In this document: positions 10,200 through 20,505 of the stretch, in pieces
How positions within the stretch are numbered: the stretch's first letter is position 1
Layout: each line of letters starts with the position of its first letter
DNA from: Lama guanicoe
Taxonomy: Eukaryota
Reading direction: 5' to 3'
DNA: 64,000 nucleotides
Assembly (NCBI GenBank): GCA_013239625.1
Contig: MU054001.1
Location: 558,001-622,000 of the forward strand
Notes under the pieces: generated by a model
The model's database searches: none
The model's input: only the letters and a program-made list of their open reading frames with translations
What the model was told of the DNA's origin: nothing
Position numbers and translations under genes: made by a program

Positions 10200-13010
10200 C
10201 AGAGCTTGGGTATTTGCAAGCGCGAAGCCGACGCGGTGCCTTCTCACTTTCCCGTCGTGGTGCCCAGAAGGTCCCAAGGGGACACTAGCGGGTGGGCAGG
10301 GCCCAGGCCTAGGGAGATGGACAAGGAGCCTCCGCCCCAGCAGAGCCAACCGGCCAGCGCGCTACGGCCGCGGAGAGCTCGAGCACCCAGCGACGCGCCC
10401 CTCCTTCATTAGCTTCCCCTCCACGCGGCGCTGCATGCCTCGGAAAATAAGTTAGCAAACGGGGAGCCGTTTATCTCTTTTATCTTGGGGCCTGATCCAA
10501 TTAAATAAGTGCACATTTACATTTGCATCCATCAGGCGGGAGCGCTGAGAGCCCGGGGTTTGCTCGGAGCAAATAAAAGCAGATTTCACTGGGAAAAGTG
10601 GCGTCTGGGAGCGCCGGGCTCGTCCGGGCGCCGGAAACGAGCGCGGCCGGGAGAGCGGCCTTGGGGACCCAGGAATGGGGCCTGCGGCCGACTGGAGGCA
10701 GGAGATTTCCAAAGGCCCCTAGAGGGGCCGGTCAGCGCGGTGTGTGCAGCTAGAGCTGCAGCCCGGCCCCTGACGCGATCTTGTTAGGCCACAACCTTGT
10801 GCCTGGGACCCAAGTCTCATTTAGCGTGAAAACGAAAAGGAGACCAGCTCTGGCCTAGTCCAAAAGGGAGACCCACGGCGTGGGTCTAGGGACAGTCCCG
10901 CCGCTTTGGCCAGTTTGGGGGAAGGGCAGGAGGTAAGATCGCAGTCAGGCCCGATTTTCCTATTTGGTAGCCAAGTGGCAAGGAATGAGAAGAGCCAGGC
11001 AGAAGGCGCTCTCCCGCTGTTCCCAGCATCCTTGCACCACGGAGACCGGTTGATAACTACCCATTAGCGCTTCTAGAGAGGTAGAGGGGGACGTCCAGGT
11101 GAGCACCTCCTGCTTTGCCACGCCGACTTCATTAAAGGTGCTTGCGAAACTGGAGAGTTTGAAAAATTAGAGGGTAGTGTTTTTTTGTTTTTTCCTTTTC
11201 CTAAACATGTCCTACCCACTGGCCAAAAGATAGAAATGGTCTTTGGGGGCGCGGCTGCGCGGTAGACTCGTAACTTGCCAAACCGCAGATTAAACAAAAC
11301 TGTGCGGGGTCCAGAGGCCGGGTGGGGAAAGGCCAGCAGAAACGGAAGTGCGTGCACCTGAAGGGAAGCGGGAGCACCAGCATCGCCTGGGCTGCGCACC
11401 GCTGCGGCCCCCACCCGCAGGCTGTTCTAGCCGCCGGCGTATTTCTCAATTGCCTGCCGCCTGGTTTTCGAGACTGTGCCCAAAGCCGTGGCAGGAATCC
11501 GAAGGGCTAATACTCTTCTAGTCACAGGCGCTACTATCTGAATCCTCAATGCTAGCTGGGTCCTGGGTCCCAGGCCGCAGCGAGTGGGGTGGCGAAGCAG
11601 TTTACGTTTGACCCTCCTGGGGTTCAGAGCTAAGGTCCCGCTGTGGGTGGGGGGCATAGCCGGGCGTCGCCTAACTCCTCCTCTTTGCGAGCCGCGTGGC
11701 GCCCGGGGACCAGTAGGCGGCGCCCTTCCTAAACTGCATCCGCCTCCGGCTCCCTCTTGGGAGCGCAATCACATTCCTTTCACTTTGGGCCCTTTGCAAG
11801 GCACTATTCTGTGCCTCCGCCCGAGTTGGCAGCTTGTCGGGGACAGGAGGGTTGGGAGGTACGGTCCATTCTGAAACCGCGAGCACGACCACCTCACCCC
11901 ACCCTCCCAGCCCCCAATCTTCCAGGCTCCAAGGGCTGCGCACATTACGGAGAATAAGAGGCCCCGAGGGGCTTGCAAACTAGAAGGCATTGATGGAGGA
12001 CCCTTACCCAGCCCGGGGAACAAGAGTTCGGGTGCTGGCATCCCGATCCGAGGAGCGGAAAGGGGGAAGGGCACCTTCCGTAGCCTCTTCTCAATGCCCG
12101 CGTATTCGCCCTCGAGGGCTGACTGGGTTGTTGGTTCCTCACCCCAAATCCCGAAACTGATTCGGCCCTGCACCCAACCGGTCCCCGCTTTGGCGCTGCC
12201 TCAGGAGGCTAACTGCATGGACCCTACTCAGTGATCCCTCGGTCTCACTGCCAGGGATTTAGCGACTTCTAGTCGCTAAGTGCCAGGCTAGGCTCTGCTT
12301 AGGGGCTGGAACCAGCGCAGCCAAGCGCAGGTGGCAAATGCCCACGCAGCCCCAGCACCGAGGTGTCTTAGGCGCTGCCTTGGGTAACTTCCGCGCCCCA
12401 GTCCAAGTCTGCGAACAAACCCCGATCCTGGCACATGCTTGAAGATTTCCCCCAGCGACCCCAAGGAGCATCGCCTTCGACACGGCCCAAGATGCGGCCA
12501 AGCGGAGGCACCGAGCCTCGAGGAGGGACTTGGGACCTTACAGACATGCAACTACTTCTGGGATTGAACGCGGGAAGCATTTCCTAAATGTCCGTACCTG
12601 GGTCTGCCCGGCCGGCCGTCCCCGAACTTAAAAGTCTCTAGACACCAGAAAAACCAATGATCAGCGAAACTCAGCTCTGCAAAGGAGAAAACCCTAAACT
12701 TAATTTGGGGCTTGTACTTAGGACAAAGTACGCAAAGAAAACCCTAGATCCTGCAGAGGCCAAGGGCAGGAGGGATGCGAGCAGGGGGCAGCGATTTGGG
12801 CACCAGCCTTCCAGCCTCTGGCAGTTTCGCTGCCTAGCCGGGAGGCGCCTTGCGCAGCCCCTCGTTGGGGAGAAACGCCGCGGGCTCCCCAGTGCGCGGT
12901 TCCCGTTCCCAGGCAGCCCCGCGGGCTTTCGGCTCCCAGCCCCGAGCCTGGGCAATCAGACCCGGGAGGCCCGCGCCGCGCTATTTGCATATTCCCGGGA
13001 ACACAAGGAG
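10200..13010. promoter_or_regulatory. CpG-rich island(s) downstream (3') of IRX5
   Basis: Dense CpG dinucleotides with no coding signature, as is typical of Polycomb-regulated developmental loci. Confidence 0.7.
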
Positions 13011-14829
13011 GCCTGTAATTTTCTTTTTAAAATCGTTGGACAGGGTTTAGGGCCAGTGCTTCCAAACCCCGCAGAGTTGATGTCGTCCCTAAACTCTCTC
13101 TTAAGAGAAGGGGACTGGCCTATTCTTCTGGCTTTTTTAGAAGAGATGGTGACTCCTGGGGCTGCATATTCAACAGGGGGGGAAAAGCTGATTGTGAACA
13201 GGGCTGTTGGAGGGGTGGATGCAGGGAGCTGGGGCGCGGGGGGTAGGGAAAGTCATCTCTGGAATTCAATTGTTTAAAAAATCATTTATAATTAAAGGGA
13301 CAAAATAAAATACGATCGTCTCATGCATATTTAATCATTCACACTTCCAGCTTTGAAACCATTTTCCCTGCGTGAATTTTCTCACTAATTTATACTCTGA
13401 AGTCGACTGCCGTTCTCGAAAACATCTGGATAATGCTGCTTTCAAACTTGTTTAAATTCGAATAAGCTAAAGGAGCTCCGTTGCAGGGTGAAAAAGAAAG
13501 TAGCAAAAGCAAAAACTCCGGTGAAAGTTTGGGCTGTGTTTTTTAAACCAAGCAGGGTTAAAGTAATCTTGAGTAGAAATGCAAATATGTGCGTTTTGAT
13601 TTAGCCTAATTAAACCGGTGTTATGTGCAAACACATCCTCTCTACACTCAGGCTTGGGTTTAATAGAGCAAATTAATTCCCCTGGCGGAGATATGTTTTT
13701 GCTGTAAGCCCTCCCCTCCCTCGATCACTGAAAATTTCCCACGAAATTCCACACGTCCCAGGTTCCACATCTCCCGCGGAAAATGGAGACCCGAGCATCG
13801 GAGAGAGTTGACGGGCCTCATACGCAGGGCGGTAGCTCTTCCTCATTGGGGACTGAGACGCAACCTGACTTTCCATTTTAATATGAAATATGCGGGTTTA
13901 AATGGAGAAAATAAAACCTCAAAAATACTTTTTGTAGCTACTCGGACTCTTGAATCCGAGATGGGAAAAGTGCTTAAGTGACGACAAGCCTGATCAAGTC
14001 CACAACGGCCTCATTATTTAGGCAAATATCCTCGAACTTTTGAAGGCCCCCTTGCCCCAAAAGGGGCCTGTGGGGGTGGGGCGGTAGGGGCTCTTCTGGT
14101 CTGTTCGGGGCTCCCCTCACTTCCCCCAAGCGCCTGTGGCGCTCCCTCCCCCACTTCTGCCCACTCTGTCTCCAATCTCCGACTCTGCAAAGTGCAGGCT
14201 TGTAATTCAGGACAAGTGTGACACCTACCTGTGAAAGGGGGGAACCGTCCCCTCGCTGGTCCGCCGCCCCAGCCCAGAGGTTGCGCCGGGATCTACCCGG
14301 CCGCATACCACCCGCACGGTCTCGGATGGAACATTTACTAATTTAATCAAATCCAGCGAAGAGATCAACGGCCAATTTTGAAGGGGTAGAGAAGACTTTG
14401 ACTTGGGAAAGCCTTCTCCTTGGCATCCCCTAATGCTCCCCGCCACCATTAGCCCAGAGCACCTTTGAAATAGTAATAAGGGCTAAATCCGGCATAAAAT
14501 CGAACTCATTAGCAAAGTTCACCAGCTGATTGCTTTGCATAAAACACGACACTGATTCGAAGTAATTAGGTTAAGCGATGGAGCTCGGGTGGTGCGTGTC
14601 TCTAGCTGGCTTTGCCATCTCTTCTCCCTTCTGGGCACACACTTGGGTCTCTCTCCTCTCTCCTCTGGGGTCCAATCTCCCCCAAGCAGCCCGCATCACC
14701 AAATCTGCATTCCGGGCAGGGCCAGGTTCCCCGGGGCTGAGGCTTAATTACAGTTTCTCGCTGGCACACTAGGTTTCGTAGAACCTTTCATTCCCCACTT
14801 CGGGGGGGGGGGAGTTGCAGTTTGCACCT

Positions 14830-15435
14830 TTCGTCCATGGCGATGGACAGTTTATTGAGGCTTCTAAAAAGTAATGAGTGGCTCTGATTATGTTAAAATC
14901 TCTTTTAATTAAATATTTTGCATTTTACAAAGGCGGCTGCAGTTTCTTTTACTTTTTAAATCTAAGTGTATAACCTGTTTCCTTTCTGTAATAATACTTT
15001 AGCTCATACCCAGAAAAATCAATAGGTGTAAAAAATTAAATTAAACTTGTATTTTTTAAACTATGAAACAGTTTTGGGGGCAACACAAATGTATATATTT
15101 ATATTACAAAAAAAACCATTAAATGCCTGTACAGGTGTCTTAATTTCATAATTTACTTCAAAGATATTGAATTATCAATTTAAATACAAAATGCTACATT
15201 AAATATACAGAATAAGATTTAATACAAATCATTTTTGTAATTTTCCTTTTCGGTTGGTTAAGACATTTTTGTGTTTATGTGGAGATGTTTACATTTTTAT
15301 GTCATCCATCTCCATGAATTATAAACTTTTTAATAGGAGGGGTAGTTTCGTTTTTCTCTCATGTTGATGGAAAAATAACTGCCAAGGCCATGTTTTTTAA
15401 TAAATTAGGAAAGTCCGGGACCGACGCAGCCCGCG
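14830..15435 (-). other. IRX5: IRX5 3' UTR, AU-rich, with candidate polyadenylation signals
   Basis: Abrupt switch to AT-rich sequence after the stop codon. Minus-strand AATAAA at 14851-14856 and ATTAAA at about 14904-14909. The cleavage site cannot be fixed from sequence. Confidence 0.7.
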
Positions 15436-16232
15436 TTAAATGTCGGACATACCTTTCTTCAATTCATAGGGAGAGTCTTTGCACAGGTCTAGCTGGGACT
15501 GGCTCCGCAACATTTTCGGGTCTTTAGCCAAAGCGTCCGCTCGGTTCAACACGGTCTGGTTTAATCCATTGAAATGCGAGCCCGGACCCGTGGTGGGGCC
15601 TGGACCGGGGCCTGGGTGGCCGTGAAGGTGTCCAAAGGAGCCATAGTTCGTGTAGCCAGGATAGAAGGGCGCCGTGTAGTAGAGAGGCCGGGACAGCACC
15701 GTCCCGCCTGGAAAGGGACACTGCGCCGAGGGTGAGCGCGATGGCGCCGGGGCCGGCGATGCGCGGCTGCCTCCTAGGGCTTGCCCGGCTACGGGCCCGG
15801 GGCACGGTGGGCACGGAGAGCCCTCGCTCCCTCCGCCCCCGTCCTTGACCTTGTCCGAGGATGTGGCGATCTCCGCCAGAGACCACAGTTTGGGCTTGGC
15901 GAGCACCGCCTGTGGAGGCGGTGGTGGCGGGGAGTGTATGACCGAGGGCCCTCCGGGACCCGGGGGCAGCTCTCCCGCAGCTGGGTGCGGGCCCGGAGCC
16001 GGCGCGCCCGAGGGGTAGTGAGGGCCCGGGTCCTCAGCCAGCCGCGCTGCCGCAGGTCCGGCCGGGGAGGGCCCGCCGGCGCGGGGGGGCCCGGGCAGCG
16101 CGTCGAGGCGGCTCTCGGATGGCGACTCCTTAAAATCCGAGTCGCTGAGGCTGCCCTCGGTCTCCTTGCCGGCGGGGGTGGGCGGCCCTTGCAGCCGTTC
16201 GCAGCCTGAAGCCGCCTTCTGCTCTCCTCCTC
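15436..16232 (-). CDS. IRX5: IRX5 coding exon 3 (Pro/Gly-rich region, IRO box, stop TAA)
   Basis: Acceptor TTTCGCCCGCAG before 16232; IRO box at about 15860-15897; TAA at 15436-15438. Confidence 0.96.
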
Positions 16233-18131
16233 CTGCGGGCGAAACCCAGGCGATTAGACGCGCAGAGGGGAACCAAGTCCCCGCCCGCAAAGGCAAAGAC
16301 CTCTGCCCCCAACCTCCAGGCCCTGTGGGCCCCCTCTCCAGGCATCCCCCACTCCACTGCTTTTTGCTTCTTATTTCCGCTCAACGCACCCTTTCCCGCA
16401 TCCACCAACCTGCTTCAGGGCCCTCGGGGTCGCCCTTGTCCTCGGGCTTCTGGGGCTCATCTTCGTCGTTCTTCTCCAGATCAATGTTCTCTTCCTCCTC
16501 CTCGTCCTCGCTGCGGTTCCGCGGCGTCCACGTCATCTTGTTCTCCTTCTTGAGGCGCCGGCGCGCGTTAGCAAACCAGGTGGACACCTGGGTGAGGGTC
16601 ATCTTGGTGATGATGGCCAGCATGATCTTCTCGCCCTTGGTAGGGTAGGGGTTCTTGCGGTGCTCGTTGAGCCAGGCCTTGAGCGTAGCGGTGGCGTCTC
16701 GCGTGGCGTTCTTCCGGTACGCAGGGTCCCCGTACGGGTAGGAGCCCAGGGGCGCAGCATAAGGGTGGTACCCCAAGGAGCCTGCCATGCCGGGTGTATG
16801 GTCGTAGGGAGAGCTCTGCAGGGGACAGGCAGAGAGAAAGTGAGAGTGGGCCGTAATCCCCAGTGCCACCTGGACTACCGAAGCACACTTTGCGTGCGCC
16901 CAGGGGTCTTTGGGCTGCAAGGCCCGCACTCCGGCTTCCACTAGGGTAGGGCTGGAGGACTCAGACCCCAGGGCAACCGCTCCTCCTCGGAGGGCAGCGG
17001 GGGCGCCAACTCCTGAGTCCAGTCCTTGGGGTCGCTTGAAACCTTCCTGGACTCGGCGGCACCCAGTAGGCCCCCGTCTGCCCGAGCACGTCCGCCCCCC
17101 GTGCGCAGATCCGGCCACCGCGGCCAGGCCCTCTACCCAGAGAGAGGCCTGGGCAGCGGCGGCGACTCTGCGCTCCGCGCCCGAGTGGCTGCACGTTAGG
17201 AGCAAGAGGAGGAGAGCAAAGGAAGTCGGGGCATTTTTTTGCTTCTCTACAGAGTAAGACAAACGAAAAGCTAAGCCTTGTCCCGGTGCTCCCACCCTTC
17301 CAAAAGTGTTATCCCAAACCGAAGCCACGGCGCTTTTCCAGAAAGTGCACCCGGCCGAAAAATCCCGGATGCACCGCAGCTCGGCCGACTTTTCAGAAAT
17401 TTAATACCTCCAAATCGGATTGCGAAGATAGGATTACGGATTTGCAACATTTTGGAGGACTAATTAAAGGCGAGGCCAAACACATTTACACAGACTTAGC
17501 ACGCTTCTGTTCAGATTTCAGGTCTATTTCTTTTGAACTACTTTCCCCAAATGACAAAAAATAAAAAATAAATACAGTAAATGTACACGGCGGCCTGGAG
17601 CTCACGTTTGAACCAAATGCTGCTCTTTAATTGCAGCGATCTCTCCCCCAAAAAACCCTTTCCTCCAACTCCGCGATCAGAGCAAGACGCGGCTCTTCTC
17701 TCGGAGCAACTCCTGAGCCCCAGGCCCGGGCGAAGTCGAGCGAGACAATCGCCTAAGTTTGCAGGGGCCGCGAGGCTCGGCGGGGGTGGTCCGCGGTGGA
17801 GCCGAGGCCCGTGTCCCCGCAGCCCCCGCCTGCCCCGAGCGGCCCCAGCTGCTCTCGCCCACCCCGGCTCCCGCTCACTCACCACGTACGAAGAGAAAGC
17901 GGCAGCGGCGGCTGCCGCGGGGTCGGCGCCGTATTGGAGGTGCGAGTTGTAGCCCGGCGAGGGCGCCGTGAAGGCGGTGGAGCCGGCGTAGGGCGAGAAC
18001 GCGGAGCCCGACGACGAGCGGCCGAGCTCATCCGTGCGGGGCCCCGAGATGACGCTGGTGCTGTACGCCGGGCACGAGTAGAGCGCCAGCGAGGCGGACG
18101 GCTGGTACAAGTAGCCCTGCGGGTAGGACAT
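15436..18131 (-). CDS. IRX5: Iroquois-class TALE homeodomain transcription factor IRX5; spliced CDS join(complement 17883..18131, 16410..16815, 15436..16232) = 1452 nt, 483 aa
   Basis: N-terminus [27 protein letters not shown] homeodomain [59 protein letters not shown], then an acidic run, the IRO box [13 protein letters not shown] and C-terminus [10 protein letters not shown]. Both introns are GT-AG and 249+406+797 nt is in frame. Confidence 0.98.
16410..16815 (-). CDS. IRX5: IRX5 coding exon 2 (homeodomain and acidic region, 406 nt)
   Basis: Acceptor ...TGTCCCCTGCAG before 16815; donor G|GTTGGT after 16410 (phase 1); contains the WFANARRR helix 3. Confidence 0.97.
17883..18131 (-). CDS. 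IRX5: IRX5 coding exon 1 (83 codons, MSYPQG...FSSYV)
   Basis: ATG at 18131 in context GGCCATGT; donor GTGAGT follows 17883 (phase 0). Confidence 0.97.
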
Positions 18132-20009
18132 GGCCACACACGGGCATGGGGCGCTCCGCGCCGCGGCCGCCAACGAGCCGGGCGGCGCCCTGCGAGGGCG
18201 AGCGGGCGGACACCTGGTCTCCGGCTGCCCCGGGCCGCTGCTCCTCGGGTCCTGGCTCCCGGGCTCCGGCCCGCGGCGCCTCCTTGCTGGCTTCCCGCGC
18301 GCCTCCGGCTGCGACCGCCGCGCCCGCTCCTCTGCGCGCCTCACTCGCCCCGGCAGGGTTTTTCCCCCCTCTCTTGCTGCTTTCTGTTTCCCCCCTCGCT
18401 CTTTGCACTGGGGGGCTCTCCTTTTGGCTTCGCAAAGGTCCTGCCAAGATGCTAAGTTGGAAATTGAGGATTCTGACGCCTTGTGCGCGCCTGAAGCTCC
18501 TCCTTCCCGGGGTGTAGTCGGTGGGAGGACTGGCAGGAGCCTCTGGGCGGCCGCAGCCAACCCGGCCGCCAGGCGCGCCTCGCCCTCTCCCTCTTCCTCC
18601 CCGGCTCCTTCTCCCGCTCGCTGGCGCTCCCCTCGCCCCTCCCTCGTGCCCGCCTCTCCTCCGAGGCCCTCCTCTCCCCCCTCCTCTTATTTCCCCCCCC
18701 TCCCCTCTTCTGTCTCTCCCTCTCTCTCCCTCACTCAGACTCTCGAGCGCCGGCCCCAGGATGACAATCACATCCCGGGCGCACCGATCTCTTCCAACTT
18801 TCCTCCCCTGCTAAGTCGGGGTGGAGCGGCGGTTCCGATGCAAGGCGGGCCTTGGTGTTGGGTCCGGCCGTTCGGAAGCACAAAGGGAATGAGGCCGCGG
18901 ACCGCGCGCCAGTGAACGCTCTGCCACAGCAAATCAAGGAGTTAGCGGATTTCTCGTTCGCCAGGAGGCTGAGTTCCAAAGCGGATCGCAGCCGACCCGC
19001 CCCTGGCTTCTCCCTCAACCTAGGGTACCCGAGAGTGAGTTGGAGACCCGGAATGAAGGCCCCTGGGAGAGCCAGATGGATGCCCGCGTCCAGGACGCAG
19101 GGAGTCTGGGGTGACTGTCCCTCTCCGCCAGTAGCAGCAGGTGGGCAAGAGACAGGCCTTGGACATCAAGTCTCTGGCCCGGCCTCCCTTCCACCAACTC
19201 CCCGCCAGACTGCGAAGGAGGAGACACTGGGAACCCGGTACTACGGGGTAGCCTTTCTCTGCAGATAGTGGGCAAGAGCAGCCAGACAGAGAAGCAGCTA
19301 CGCCGGAGTAGGTCTCTGGACTCCACTAAACACCCTCCCGCCATAGATCGCTGCCTCTTTCTAGGGGCTTTGCATTACCCAAACGTAGCTCCGCCAGACT
19401 GGGTTTGGTGGTGGAGGAGAGTGAGGGTCTCCTTCCCCTTAGCATGCACTCGAGCACCCACCCACGTTCTACTGCTAAAGCTCCGCGGAGCAGTAACCAA
19501 CTCAACCACTGTTTGTCCAGTGAGGAGCTGGCAAGGCAAATACACACAACTGAGTCACAGGCCGAGCCCTTGCCCACGAAGGCCACACAGAACACAAAAC
19601 AGACCCTTTGCCTGTTCCTCCACCCCGCGCCGCCACAAGTCACAGAAGCACTTGAACTCTGGAACAGACAGGGGCGCTGGTGAACCAGGACACGGGCTGG
19701 CATAGTGTTGGGCATTCCACTAAAGCCCAGTAAATCAGGGACTTTGTGGCCTTTTATAATGGGGGTCACACGCAAGCCGATGACTATACACAAACTTTCC
19801 CGCAATGACTATGACAGGCGAGATACATTTTATTTCCTGAGCTCCAGTCCGGGCACACAAATACACTCTGCACACTCGCACACTCTGTGCAGCGCGACTT
19901 CACGCACGCGCGCTGACTCCTCCCCTCCGTCAGTTCCCCCAGGCTCCGCCTCTCAGGCGGACGTTCTCAGACAACCTCTCTATCCGCCCAGCCCCGCTCC
20001 TCCCTGCCA

Positions 20010-20115
20010 TCACTAATTGGACACCGGCCTTTATTGGCTCCGCCCTTCGGCGACGTGAGCCCGCTCCCCTCCGAGTCACGGCGCCCAGGGGGCGGGGCTG
20101 GGCGGGGCGTCGGCG
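20010..20115 (+). promoter_or_regulatory. CRNDE-proximal core promoter elements (two inverted CCAAT boxes, two Sp/KLF GC boxes)
   Basis: ATTGG at 20016-20020 and 20033-20037; GGGGCGGGGC at 20089-20098 and GGGCGGGGC at 20100-20108, just upstream of the GC-rich first exon. Confidence 0.6.
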
Positions 20116-20249
20116 CCCTATTGTCATGGAGACGGGAAGCCGGCGGTGGCGGGCACAACCCGTCTGAGGTGGCAGCCTACCGGCCGAGACTGAGGCGAGG
20201 CCGAGTGGCCAGGACTGCGCGGAGCCGGCCAGTGGCAGCTTCTCAGGCA

Positions 20250-20505
20250 ACCAAGGGGCAGTGTCCTCCCGGGTGGTCGCGGGGAGGTCCTCCCCGGAGC
20301 TTCCCCTCCCTGCTCCGTCGTTCCCGCCTCTCGCGGCCCCTCTGCTCCCCAGCGCCCGCCCCCCGCTCCGCCCGCTGCCGCCGCCGCCGCTGCCGCAGCC
20401 CCTCGCGCTAACGGTCGATAACGGCCCGCGCGCGCCGCCCGCCGGGGGCTCGCGCCAGCCACGAGGGAGCGTCCGCGGCCCGCGCGCCCGCGCCGCGGAG
20501 GAGAG
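20250..20505 (+). ncRNA. CRNDE: CRNDE first exon (GC-rich; 5' end approximate)
   Basis: Strong donor GAG|GTGAGC at 20506, downstream of CCAAT and GC boxes. Confidence 0.6.

Noticed and set aside
8896..13277. ORFs of 100-220 aa downstream of IRX5 (9404..10069, 12657..13277 etc.)
   Set aside because: No homology recognised and no exon structure; explained by GC-rich composition.
16816..17328. N-terminal 170 aa of track ORF 16381..17328
   Set aside because: Read-through of IRX5 intron 1; true exon 2 begins at the CAG acceptor before 16815.
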